Assembly: GCA_039591655.1 (NCBI GenBank)
Contig: JBDHDE010000073.1
Span: 1-27,873 of the forward strand
Origin: Gemmatimonadota bacterium
GTDB lineage: Bacteria > Gemmatimonadota > Gemmatimonadetes > Gemmatimonadales > GWC2-71-9
Direction: 5' to 3'
Length of the DNA: 27,873 nucleotides
The notes beneath the pieces are model-generated. The model saw only the letters and a program-made list of their open reading frames with translations, ran no database searches and was not told where the DNA came from. Positions 1 through 7,680 of this stretch are shown piece by piece (positions within the stretch are counted from its first letter, which is position 1; every line of letters begins with the position of its first letter). The position numbers and the translations under genes are program-made.

Positions 1-2
1 CC

Positions 3-329
3 ACAAAGGCGTTCCTCGGACCTCGCCTGTTCGGTCCCCACTCGTTCACGGGTACGCGGACCATCTGGGGTACCTATGAGCACCGCTGGTGGTTGGTCGA
101 TGACATTGCCGGATGGTTCGGGCTCGCCGTTGCCGGCTTCTTTGATATGGGTGGGGCGTGGTACGAAGATCAGGACCCGAGGTTCGGTGGCAACTTCGGT
201 CTTGGACTGAGACTCGGGGGGATCCGAGGGACGGGTGCGTCGTTCGTGCGGTTGGATGCGGGGTTCCTGTTCGGCGACGGGGCGTCCGACGGCATCGTTA
301 TCGGATTCGGCGGGGGGTTCGCATACTGA
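3..329 (+). CDS. C-terminal part of a BamA/TamA (Omp85)-like outer-membrane beta-barrel protein, truncated by the window edge
   Basis: Frame is open from base 3: ...GPRLFGPHSFTGTRTIWGTYEHRWW...AVAGFFDMGGAW...GLGLRL...VRLDAGF...GFGGGFAY*. The 'GPR-F...F-G' loop, 'FFD-G-AW' and 'RLD-G' segments and the terminal aromatic residue fit Omp85-type barrels. Confidence 0.7.
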   Translation, partial: TKAFLGPRLFGPHSFTGTRTIWGTYEHRWWLVDDIAGWFGLAVAGFFDMGGAWYEDQDPRFGGNFGLGLRLGGIRGTGASFVRLDAGFLFGDGASDGIVIGFGGGFAY

Positions 330-512
330 ACAGCTGACTTCGTCAGGCCGATCCCGACAGCGACAGCGTTACCACCGTCATCGCCACCACCCTGCCTGTA
401 AACCGACACTTGCTGGCCCTTCCCGAGCCTAGAATCATGCAGATGCAGTGTTGGAGCGGAAGCCGTACCTCCGCGAGATTGCAGATTCCTGTTGGTTCTG
501 CACGCTGCATTC

Positions 513-552
513 TGCAATTTGCCCTCTCTCTATACCACCAAGGTGGAATAGC
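513..552. repeat. Copy 1 of a 40-bp direct repeat containing the imperfect palindrome CTATACCACC-AA-GGTGGAATAG (530-551)
   Basis: Matches 1344-1383 at 35/40 positions by manual alignment. Preceded by 7-nt-period nnnTGCn units (ttctgca cgctgca ttctgca atttgcc). Confidence 0.9.
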
Positions 553-656
553 TCCCAGTCCGCACGGGGGGCAGACTTAGCACGATGAGAGCTGCACCCC
601 CTTGAGTAGACCGTGTTTGATGGAAACCTGAAGTGATTCCGTTTTGGAGGTGGACC

Positions 657-1205
657 ATGCGTGCGAGACTGTTGTTACCGGTGATTTTCCTGGCGCTGCC
701 GCTCTGTGGCTGTGCCTCGGGGATCAAGGTGCAGACGGACTATGACCCGAGCGTTGACTTCTCGGGAATCCAAACGTTTAACGTGTTGGAGGCGGCTGGA
801 AGCTCAGACATGGACTCGTTCACCGAGTCCCGCGTCATGTCAGCGATCGTAACGGCGATGCAGGCCAAGGGCTTTCGGCGCGACTCCAGCAACGCCGACG
901 TCTCGGTGGGATTCCACGCCTCGACGACTCAGGAGACGACCCTCCAGACGGTCAGTACCGGCGGCTGGGGCGGCTATGGTTGGCGCGGAGGGTGGGGCGG
1001 AGGCATGTCTACCAGCACCACCACGGCGCAGAACTACGACGTTGGAACCCTGGTCATCGCCATTGCCAATTCTTCCGGCGACATGATTTTTCAGGGTTCC
1101 GGCAGCAAGACCCTGAGCTCTGGTAACGTCGCTCCGGATGAAGCCCAGCAAAACATAAACGAGGCCGTCGCGAAGATCCTCGCGGACTTTCCGCCCGGGG
1201 GCTAG
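657..1205 (+). CDS. DUF4136-family lipoprotein
   Basis: GGAGG RBS before ATG 657; lipobox LCG-C; 'VQTDYDPSVDFS...TF', Gly/Trp-rich loop, 'Y-VGTLVI', and C-terminal 'INEAVAKILADFPP'. Confidence 0.85.
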   Translation: MRARLLLPVIFLALPLCGCASGIKVQTDYDPSVDFSGIQTFNVLEAAGSSDMDSFTESRVMSAIVTAMQAKGFRRDSSNADVSVGFHASTTQETTLQTVSTGGWGGYGWRGGWGGGMSTSTTTAQNYDVGTLVIAIANSSGDMIFQGSGSKTLSSGNVAPDEAQQNINEAVAKILADFPPGG

Positions 1206-1240
1206 TCAACCGCTCCCACAGCCTACCGATGATCGGTTTC

Positions 1241-1271
1241 CTGCCCCCGACCCGACGACTGTCGGGGGCAG
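1241..1271. terminator. Perfect 11-bp GC-rich hairpin downstream of the DUF4136 gene (possible terminator or RNA stem)
   Basis: CTGCCCCCGAC / GTCGGGGGCAG inverted repeat with a 9-nt loop. No U-tract on the + strand, so terminator function is uncertain. Confidence 0.4.
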
Positions 1272-1343
1272 CCGGCGTTCCCGACGCTCCGGCTGAGGCC
1301 ACCGCTGTCAGCCTGGCAGTGGCCGCGAATGCGTTCTGCAATG

Positions 1344-1383
1344 TGCAACTTGCTATCTCTCCATACCACTAAGGTGGAATAGC
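1344..1383. repeat. Copy 2 of the 40-bp direct repeat, palindrome CCATACCACT-AA-GGTGGAATAG (1361-1382)
   Basis: 35/40 identity to 513-552, same orientation. Also preceded by 7-nt-period units (gaatgcg ttctgca atgtgca acttgct). Confidence 0.9.
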
Positions 1384-1586
1384 CCTCACTCCACCGCAGG
1401 GAATATTTCCCAGCGTTCCCTATCCCGAGGGCTGTCGAATGCTCTCGGCGGGATCTGGACGACGATCGCCACTCATCGGCCGGAGTCTCAGGCGCTGAGA
1501 GATGCGCAGCGAGGCGAAGCACCCGATATGGCCTGAGCATGTGGGCCACCCAACCCCGGTAAGCGAGTGGCTCAACCGGATTTGCG

Positions 1587-2324
1587 ATGCCAAGCCATAA
1601 CTGTAGTAGCGTTGCCGCCGTAGTCCTGCTGCTGTGCGCGTGCGCCGGGGCCGCTGCGCAGGAGCAGGAGGAGGCGGGAGGTGTGAGCAAACAGCTGTGG
1701 TTCGACTACAATCCCCGCTGGACCGACCCACACCATCGCGAGATCTACGGCGATATCGGCGTGCGCACAGTGGTTGGCGACAACGACTGGGTGCGTTTCG
1801 TGGCCCGTCCCGGAATCCGGGGCCCGGTGGGCCCGTTCCGTCTGTCCGGCGGTGTCGGTGTGTTCTACCGGCTCAACAAGGCCGAGGTGGCCGATCAGTT
1901 GGAAGTAAGGCCGTTTCAAGGCATCGCAGCCGTTTGGCCCACGTGGCGCTACTTCCGCCTGCATCACTACCTGCGGCTGGAGGAACGACTCGAGTGGGAA
2001 ACAGAGCATTGGACGCTCGACGCGTCGCTGCGCGGCCGCTATCGGTTGCAGGTAGACTACAGCTTCAGCGGATTCGAGCCCGGTTCGGACTGGCGCGTGA
2101 TCTTCCACGCAGAGGGTTTTCTCACCTTGTTGGGCGACGCGGGCCAGCTCAACGAGCAGCTCAGGGTTGGCTTGGGTCTGGGTCGGAACGTAGGGTCGGT
2201 GCTGCGTCTGAGAGCCGACCTGACCTGGCAGAAGGTCGAGGCCTTCGGCCCCAGCGACCATCTCTACATCCGTTTCCGGGTCTTTCAGGGATGGTTGCGG
2301 GGATTGACGACGCACGACGGCTAA
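1587..2324 (+). CDS. DUF2490-like outer-membrane beta-barrel protein
   Basis: Signal peptide (VVLLLCACAGAAA-Q); 'LEVRPFQG', 'HHYLRLEERL', 'LRGRYRLQ' and 'AEGF' match the DUF2490 pattern of amphipathic strands. Start codon uncertain. Confidence 0.75.
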   Translation: MPSHNCSSVAAVVLLLCACAGAAAQEQEEAGGVSKQLWFDYNPRWTDPHHREIYGDIGVRTVVGDNDWVRFVARPGIRGPVGPFRLSGGVGVFYRLNKAEVADQLEVRPFQGIAAVWPTWRYFRLHHYLRLEERLEWETEHWTLDASLRGRYRLQVDYSFSGFEPGSDWRVIFHAEGFLTLLGDAGQLNEQLRVGLGLGRNVGSVLRLRADLTWQKVEAFGPSDHLYIRFRVFQGWLRGLTTHDG

Positions 2325-2444
2325 CCCTTTCCCGGCGGTCTCGTGTTCCCGGCGGTCACGGCGGACGGTGAAACAACTTCTACGAAATCCGTGATCGTTT
2401 AAGGTGTGTGGTGGGGTGTGGTGCTCCGTGGCCGTCTGAAGTCG

Positions 2445-2473
2445 TCTTTCATCTTCTTTCATCTTCTTTCGTC
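2445..2473. repeat. Short tandem repeat, 10-bp unit TCTTTCATCT, about 3 copies
   Basis: tctttcatct tctttcatct tctttcgtc read directly. Confidence 0.85.
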
Positions 2474-2619
2474 ATCCGCCCTGGGGGGTCGAGGTGCACG
2501 AAATCTCGGATTTGGCGATACGTTCTCTGGAGCAACCCGACCTCGCCCGGCGCGTAGTCACGATGAACGAGGAGGTCAAGCAGCTCAAGGACGGTTCATG
2601 AGGAGCAAGAGGGGAACAC

Positions 2620-4290
2620 ATGTTCGGACACCTGGTGGAGTTTCTGCGCAGCAATCCGGTGGGACTACTGTTTGCGGTCTTGGGGCTTGGTTACCTGCTG
2701 GGCAAGACGAAGATCAATGGATTCGAGATCGGGTCGATCTCGGGAGTCCTGTTCGTCGGCCTGGTATTCGGCCACTTCGGGTTCGAGATGCACCCCACTG
2801 TGCAATCCCTTGGGTTCGTGCTGTTCATCTTCTCGGTAGGCCTGCAGGCGGGCCCCGGCTTCTTCAGCGTGCTGCGCCAGGACGGTGCCAAGTACTTCGC
2901 GTTGGCGGTTGTGATCGCGGCCTGCGGCTTCTCTCTTGCGCTGGTCCTCGCGAAGCTGCTCGACTTCGAGTTCGGCGCTGCCGCGGGTCTGCTCGCAGGC
3001 GGTCTGACTAGCTCGCCAACCCTCGCCGCGGCACAGGAGGCAGTCCGTGCCGGTGACGTCCCGCTGCCCGACGGCGTGGCAACCGTGGAGGTTCTGACGA
3101 ACGTCACCACGGCATACGCGATCACATACATCTTCGGCCTGGTGGGCCTGATCCTGATCATCCGGTTCTTGCCGCGTTTGGTGGGAGTGGACCTCGTCGC
3201 CGAGGCGGCCACGCTCGCATCGGAACGGGTCGGTGGCGTCGAGGATCGTGTCCACGGCCTCCATGACATCAAGGTTCGGGCCTACCGCTTGACTAACGCG
3301 GAGCAGGTAGGACGGCGCGTCGGGGACGTCGCTGAGGTGCTGCCAGGACGGATGTCGATAGACAAGATTCGCCGCGCCGGCGAGTTCGTACCGGTGATGC
3401 CGGACCTTCGCGTGGAGCTGGACGACGAGATCTGCTTCGTAGGATTCCTCGACGAGTTCGTTGGCGCCGAGGGGAAAATCGGGCCGGAGCTGTCGGACCC
3501 GGAGCTGCTCGAAGCTGCGCTCGAATCGTGTCGCATTGTGGTGTTGCGGAAGAAGATCAAACGAGTGTCCACCTCGCTCGCGCAGTTCACCGCCCGGCGC
3601 GGGTGCTTCGTGTCCCGGATTCAGCGTTTCGGCGTCGACATTCCGCTCCAGGGCGAAGTCGAGATCCAGGCTGGGGATGTCGTGCACGTCACCGGGCCCG
3701 CCGCACGGTTGCAGGAAGTTGGGGAGTTGGTGGGGCACGTCGAGGGCGCGACCAGCGAGACGGATCTGGCCACGTTCGCGATAGGGATCGCGGCCGGTCT
3801 GCTGATCGGTGGACTTTCTGTCTCGATCTTTGGTATCTCCGTCGGGCTCGGCACCGCAGGTGGGCTGCTGCTGGCCGGTCTCGTGATCGGCTACCTGCGA
3901 GCCCTTCACCCGACGTTCGGGCGCGTGCCGGAGGCGGCGCGCTGGATCTTCATGGAGCTGGGGTTGACGATGTTCATGGCCGGAGTTGGGTTGCGGGCTG
4001 GCGCGGGGATCATCGAGACGCTGGCCGAATCCGGGCTCGCTCTGTTCGTTGCCGGCATTGCGGTGACCACCATTCCGGTGGCCATCGGCTACCTGTTCGG
4101 TCGCAAGGTGCTGTCGCTCAACCCGGTGTACCTGCTCGGTGGCATCACCGGATCCATGACTAGCGGCGCCTCTCTCAGCATCGTGACCGGTGAGGCACGA
4201 AGCTTGCTTCCCGCGCTGGGCTACACGGGTGCCTACGCGTTTGCCAACGTGTTGTTGACCGTGGCAGGCAGCTTGATCCTGTTCTTCTGA
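2620..4290 (+). CDS. Aspartate:alanine exchanger family transporter (AspT/YidE/YbjL) with two TrkA-C (RCK_C) domains
   Basis: Duplicated membrane halves ('LGFVLFIFSVGLQAGPGFF', 'AGGLTSSPTLAAA', 'ELGLTMFMAGVGLRAG', 'GSMTSGASL') around a soluble centre; GAGGGG RBS; 556 aa. Confidence 0.92.
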   Translation: MFGHLVEFLRSNPVGLLFAVLGLGYLLGKTKINGFEIGSISGVLFVGLVFGHFGFEMHPTVQSLGFVLFIFSVGLQAGPGFFSVLRQDGAKYFALAVVIAACGFSLALVLAKLLDFEFGAAAGLLAGGLTSSPTLAAAQEAVRAGDVPLPDGVATVEVLTNVTTAYAITYIFGLVGLILIIRFLPRLVGVDLVAEAATLASERVGGVEDRVHGLHDIKVRAYRLTNAEQVGRRVGDVAEVLPGRMSIDKIRRAGEFVPVMPDLRVELDDEICFVGFLDEFVGAEGKIGPELSDPELLEAALESCRIVVLRKKIKRVSTSLAQFTARRGCFVSRIQRFGVDIPLQGEVEIQAGDVVHVTGPAARLQEVGELVGHVEGATSETDLATFAIGIAAGLLIGGLSVSIFGISVGLGTAGGLLLAGLVIGYLRALHPTFGRVPEAARWIFMELGLTMFMAGVGLRAGAGIIETLAESGLALFVAGIAVTTIPVAIGYLFGRKVLSLNPVYLLGGITGSMTSGASLSIVTGEARSLLPALGYTGAYAFANVLLTVAGSLILFF

Positions 4291-4383
4291 GGCATGTGGG
4301 AGCCAACCGTCACGGCGGAAGCCGTTGGAGGGGTTTCTTGTGAAGTGCTCTGAGGGACGGTGGTAATGTGCTGGTCGGACTAG

Positions 4384-4664
4384 CGTCGGCAAGAGTGGCG
4401 TAACCGCAGCAGCCAGATAACCACATCCAGATGTGCGGTCAACGTTCTGCACCAGCGCCGTTGAGACTGGCGGCCGAGCTGTTGAGACTCTGTTGATGCT
4501 GCGGCCGCCCAAAACTGTAGCGGTTTTGTAGCGGTCTGGTCGATATTGTCCGTGAAACGACAAGTACGTGTCCACAGGGAACAGGCGTCTAACCGCCAGC
4601 GAGAGTTGATGTTACACACGAATGGAAACGGATGGTTACGAATGGACCGGGCGCGTCTTGATCC
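4384..4664. mobile_element. Probable decayed integrative-element end: integrase-like C-terminal relic, tandem arm-type repeats and a tRNA-3'-like fragment
   Basis: TGTAGCGGT x2 (4516-4524, 4527-4535); + strand 4384-4437 reads RRQEWRNRSSQITTSRCA; minus strand 4664-4643 has tRNA T-loop/acceptor geometry. The interpretation is inferential. Confidence 0.35.
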
Positions 4665-4704
4665 TTAAAATCCCTTGGGGGCAGGCACACGGCAGGATGC
4701 TCTG

Positions 4705-5244
4705 ATGAAAAGTTGGGGGTCAAGGCATGACTTTACGCTCGGCGACGTTCGGTTGCTGTCTTACTCGACTGGCGTGCAGGGCGATGGTACAGAGGAGATG
4801 ATGTTCACTGGTTATGGCTCTCCGAACCGGCGTCAACACCTTTACTTCCGACGAAGCGGCGACACGGTCGTCGGCGGGGGAACAGTTCTTTCGCAGGACG
4901 ACAAGCAGTTGAGCAACTTAAGTCTCACAGCCGACCCCCCGGCTCACGTCCTGACCGTGGAGGCGATCTATGATTCACGAGACGATTCCTACGACGTGAA
5001 GTTCGTGGAGGTGGTCCCTGGCAGTACGGTCAGTACGCCACCGTGGGAAGCTCGGCCGGCGAAAAACGAAACACATGCTCTGCCAGGTTCGACCGGCGAA
5101 TCCCATCGATGGGATGTGAGTCTCGGAGTCGGTTCGCAGATGGCTGAGTTACACCGACGAGCTGAAGCGTCGTCGATGGCTACCATTGTCGATTTTCTGC
5201 CGGAGAGCAGCGGGGCGCTACTTATCGAGGGGCGTCGGCTGTAA
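4705..5244 (+). CDS. Hypothetical protein (orphan, island cargo)
   Basis: Open frame of about 180 codons with atypical codon usage and no recognisable motif. Start uncertain (TTG 4675, ATG 4705 or later). Confidence 0.45.
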   Translation: MKSWGSRHDFTLGDVRLLSYSTGVQGDGTEEMMFTGYGSPNRRQHLYFRRSGDTVVGGGTVLSQDDKQLSNLSLTADPPAHVLTVEAIYDSRDDSYDVKFVEVVPGSTVSTPPWEARPAKNETHALPGSTGESHRWDVSLGVGSQMAELHRRAEASSMATIVDFLPESSGALLIEGRRL

Positions 5245-5313
5245 CCACAGACCCCCCAATAACCACTCAGTTGCCTCAACCTCTCCTCATCACCTCCGTG
5301 CCAATAAAGATCG

Positions 5314-5335
5314 ATGTGCCCAAAAATGTGCCCAA
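5314..5335. repeat. Tandem direct repeat ATGTGCCCAA x2 (12-bp period), arm-type-site-like, about 70 bp beyond the tRNA-Trp 3' end
   Basis: atgtgcccaa at 5314-5323 and 5326-5335. Confidence 0.7.
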
Positions 5336-5405
5336 CATACGAAAACGGCACACGCACACGCTGACACCGTTCCCACAACTCTCACTGTTTCAACCTCTTA
5401 CAAAA

Positions 5406-5478
5406 CAGGCCCGGCAGGACTCGAACCTGCAACCCCCGGTTTTGGAGACCGGTGCTCTACCACTTGAGCTACGAGCCT
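5406..5478 (-). tRNA. tRNA-Trp (CCA)
   Basis: AGGCTCG/CGGGCCT acceptor stem, TAGCTCAAGTGGTAGAGC D-arm, CCGGT-CT-CCA-AA-ACCGG anticodon arm, GGTTCGAGTCC T-arm; 3'-CCA not encoded. Confidence 0.97.
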
Positions 5479-5483
5479 AACAG

Positions 5484-5558
5484 GGTGGCTGAAGGGGATT
5501 GAACCCTCAACCTCCGGAGCCACAGTCCGGCGCTCTAACCAATTGAGCTACAGCCACC
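5484..5558 (-). tRNA. tRNA-His (GTG)
   Basis: G-1 plus GTGGCTG/CAGCCAC stem with C discriminator, CCGGA-CT-GTG-GC-TCCGG anticodon arm, GGTTCAATCC T-arm; 3'-CCA not encoded. Confidence 0.97.
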
Positions 5559-5586
5559 ACGGCCCCGTAACACCCACGGGCAGTTG

Positions 5587-5615
5587 AACCTAGTGGGGCC
5601 CGAAAACTCGGTCAA
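5587..5615 (-). promoter_or_regulatory. Sigma70-type promoter for the tRNA-His/tRNA-Trp pair
   Basis: TTGACC-N17-TAGGTT on the minus strand, 29 nt upstream of tRNA-His, overlapping the pabC stop codon. Confidence 0.65.
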
Positions 5616-6280
5616 CCCGAGGGCCAGAAGCCCCCTGCCAGAGCGCGAACCCGGTTATCCTGGGGCACCAGCTCGCCATCCAGTGAGGCCATCGGGACCA
5701 CTCCGCGCACTGCGGTCATGATCCAGGCGGGGCGGCCCACCAGCGCCGAGCGCTCGAACCGGCCCTCCGCCACCACCATCCCCAACTCCTGCGCCACCTC
5801 GATGGCCCGTTTCCGCCCGATGCTCGGGAGGATTCCCAGCTCCAGCGAGGGCACCAGCACACGCTCCCCCTCGAACCAGCCCACGGCGAACAGGGATCCT
5901 TCAGCCACATAGCCCTCCGCCGTGAGCAGCAAGCCCTCGTCGGCCCCACGTTCGTGCGCCTCCGCCCGGGCCCGGTCGAAGATCTCCCGGTCCGTGGTCT
6001 TCACCCGGTAGCCGGTGTGCACCACGCTGGACGTGATCACATGCACCGGATCGAGGCTCGGTAGATCCCGCCGGGTGATCTCCAACCGTCCGTCCCACTG
6101 CACCCTGAGAACGCCTTCGGAGGGACCGGCGCCCGCCTCACGTCCCAGGTGCTCTCCCAACTCGCCGGGCAGCGGCGGCAGGCTCACCGCACGGCGATTG
6201 AACTCCAGTCGCTCCAGGTGCCGGTCCAACAGCGGTAGACCGTGCTCCATCACTCGGAGGGTCTCGAAGACTGCGGTCAT
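5612..6280 (-). CDS. pabC: Aminotransferase class IV, probable 4-amino-4-deoxychorismate lyase
   Basis: 'VFETLRV', 'LDRHLERL', PLP lysine in 'VKTT', 'VAEGSLFAV', 'ILPSIGR', 'TAVRGVVP'; directly downstream of the pabB-like gene. ATG 6280 chosen by RBS and domain start. Confidence 0.75.
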   Translation of the reverse strand: MTAVFETLRVMEHGLPLLDRHLERLEFNRRAVSLPPLPGELGEHLGREAGAGPSEGVLRVQWDGRLEITRRDLPSLDPVHVITSSVVHTGYRVKTTDREIFDRARAEAHERGADEGLLLTAEGYVAEGSLFAVGWFEGERVLVPSLELGILPSIGRKRAIEVAQELGMVVAEGRFERSALVGRPAWIMTAVRGVVPMASLDGELVPQDNRVRALAGGFWPSG

Positions 6281-6284
6281 CCGC

Positions 6285-7646
6285 CTACTCCGGGGCCCCC
6301 AGCGCCACCCGCATCGCCGCTCCCTTGCGCAGCGACTCGCGCCACTCACGAGCGGGGTCCGAGTCCCACACGATCCCTGCCCCCGCCTGCACCACCGCCT
6401 TGCCGTCCCGCACCACCGCCGAGCGAATCAGGATGTTCACCTGAAACCCGTCGGGCCCGAACCACCCCAGCCCTCCCGTGTACTGCCCTCGGGCCACCGG
6501 CTCGAGCTCGGCGATCACCTCCATCGCCCGGATCTTGGGCGCCCCGGTGATCGTCCCACCGGGGAACACCGCCCGCACCATGTCCCACCGCGACACGCCG
6601 GCGGGCACCTGCGCCCGCACCTCGCTCACCAGGTGGTAGACGTGGGAGTACTCCTCGATCACTTCCCGTTCGGAAACGACGACGCTGCCGTACGTGCCCA
6701 CCCGCCCCAGGTCGTTGCGGGCGAGGTCCAGCAGCATGCGGTGCTCCGCCTGCTCCTTCTCATCCAGGGCCAGCTCCCGGCGCATCGCCGCATCGCGCTC
6801 GGCATCGCCCGTCTTCTTGCGTGTCCCCGCAATGGGGCGCGCACGCGCGACGCCCCCCTTCCCCTCTACGCCGCGGAATTCCACCAGCAGCTCCGGCGAG
6901 CCGCTCACCAGCTGCCAGTCGCCGAAGTCCGCGTATCCCATCCAGGGAGAGGGGTTGATGGCCCGCAGGCGCCGGTACACTTCCCAGGGGGTGTCCCCCA
7001 ACGCGAATCGCTCCGCCACGGCGAGGTTCACCTGATACACGTCGCCGGCGGCGATGTACTCCCGCACACGACGGACCGCCGCCTCGTAGCTCTCTTGGCC
7101 CAAGCTGCGCTCCAGCAGCCGGGCATTGCCGCTCACCGCGGCCGTATCCGGTGAGGGCAACTCCACACCCGATCCCAGCGACGCGGCCCGGGTGCTGGCC
7201 ATTGCCTCCGGGGCCCCCATGCTCGGTTCCTCCGAAGTCGCCTTCCGGACCACGGCGAGCCCACTCTCGTCCCCCGTCAGCTCGCCCGTGGCGAAGTCCA
7301 GCACCACCTCGTGCTCCGCCTCGAACAGGTCTACCAGAGGCTGCTCGATAGGCGCATCCCGACGCAGGGCGCGGTGTGGCAGGCCCAGCTCGTAGGCGAG
7401 CGTGCCGTACAGCGGCGCGGCCTCGACGGGGATTGCATCCAACCAGGCCACGTTCCCGACGTCGACTTCCGCCCAGTCCAACCGGAAGCGGCGGCGCGCC
7501 CCCCACGCCAGGCGTGCGGAGCCTAATTGCCCCGCGCCGTCCTCCAGTAGAACCACGGGCCGGGGGAGTGTGGGAACCAGATGCAGGAGGCGCTCCAGCA
7601 ATACCCCGGAGTCGGGGCGAGCATTGCCTCCGGCGGCGTCCGTCAT
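6285..7646 (-). CDS. pabB: Chorismate-binding enzyme, aminodeoxychorismate synthase component I (anthranilate synthase I family)
   Basis: 'GDVYQVNL', 'SGSPELL', 'RPIAGT', 'KEQAEHRMLLDLARNDLG', 'FPGGTITGAPKIRAMEVI', 'NILIRS', 'QAGAGIV'. The adjacent pabC-like gene favours pabB over trpE. Confidence 0.8.
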   Translation of the reverse strand: MTDAAGGNARPDSGVLLERLLHLVPTLPRPVVLLEDGAGQLGSARLAWGARRRFRLDWAEVDVGNVAWLDAIPVEAAPLYGTLAYELGLPHRALRRDAPIEQPLVDLFEAEHEVVLDFATGELTGDESGLAVVRKATSEEPSMGAPEAMASTRAASLGSGVELPSPDTAAVSGNARLLERSLGQESYEAAVRRVREYIAAGDVYQVNLAVAERFALGDTPWEVYRRLRAINPSPWMGYADFGDWQLVSGSPELLVEFRGVEGKGGVARARPIAGTRKKTGDAERDAAMRRELALDEKEQAEHRMLLDLARNDLGRVGTYGSVVVSEREVIEEYSHVYHLVSEVRAQVPAGVSRWDMVRAVFPGGTITGAPKIRAMEVIAELEPVARGQYTGGLGWFGPDGFQVNILIRSAVVRDGKAVVQAGAGIVWDSDPAREWRESLRKGAAMRVALGAPE

Positions 7647-7680
7647 CGGGAAACGGGGTGGGGTCCGCTGACTAACGCTG

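Noticed and set aside
490..530. GGCAAA-led stem on the minus strand, considered as a c-di-GMP-I riboswitch
   Set aside because: It lacks the GNRA tetraloop, the GACGCAAA junction and the receptor stem.
170..1341. Two minus-strand ORFs both starting 'MQNA' (170-517 and 1054-1341)
   Set aside because: The shared start comes from the heptamer part of the DNA repeat. The rest is unrelated, low-complexity sequence overlapping real genes.
2665..4575. Long antisense ORFs (636 aa here; also 12660-14480, 15591-16775, 24347-25621 and others)
   Set aside because: These are shadows of real genes caused by high GC3, and they carry no motifs.
5612..7646. pabB-pabC without pabA as a novel pathway
   Set aside because: The glutamine amidotransferase subunit is commonly encoded elsewhere or shared with trpG, so this is ordinary.
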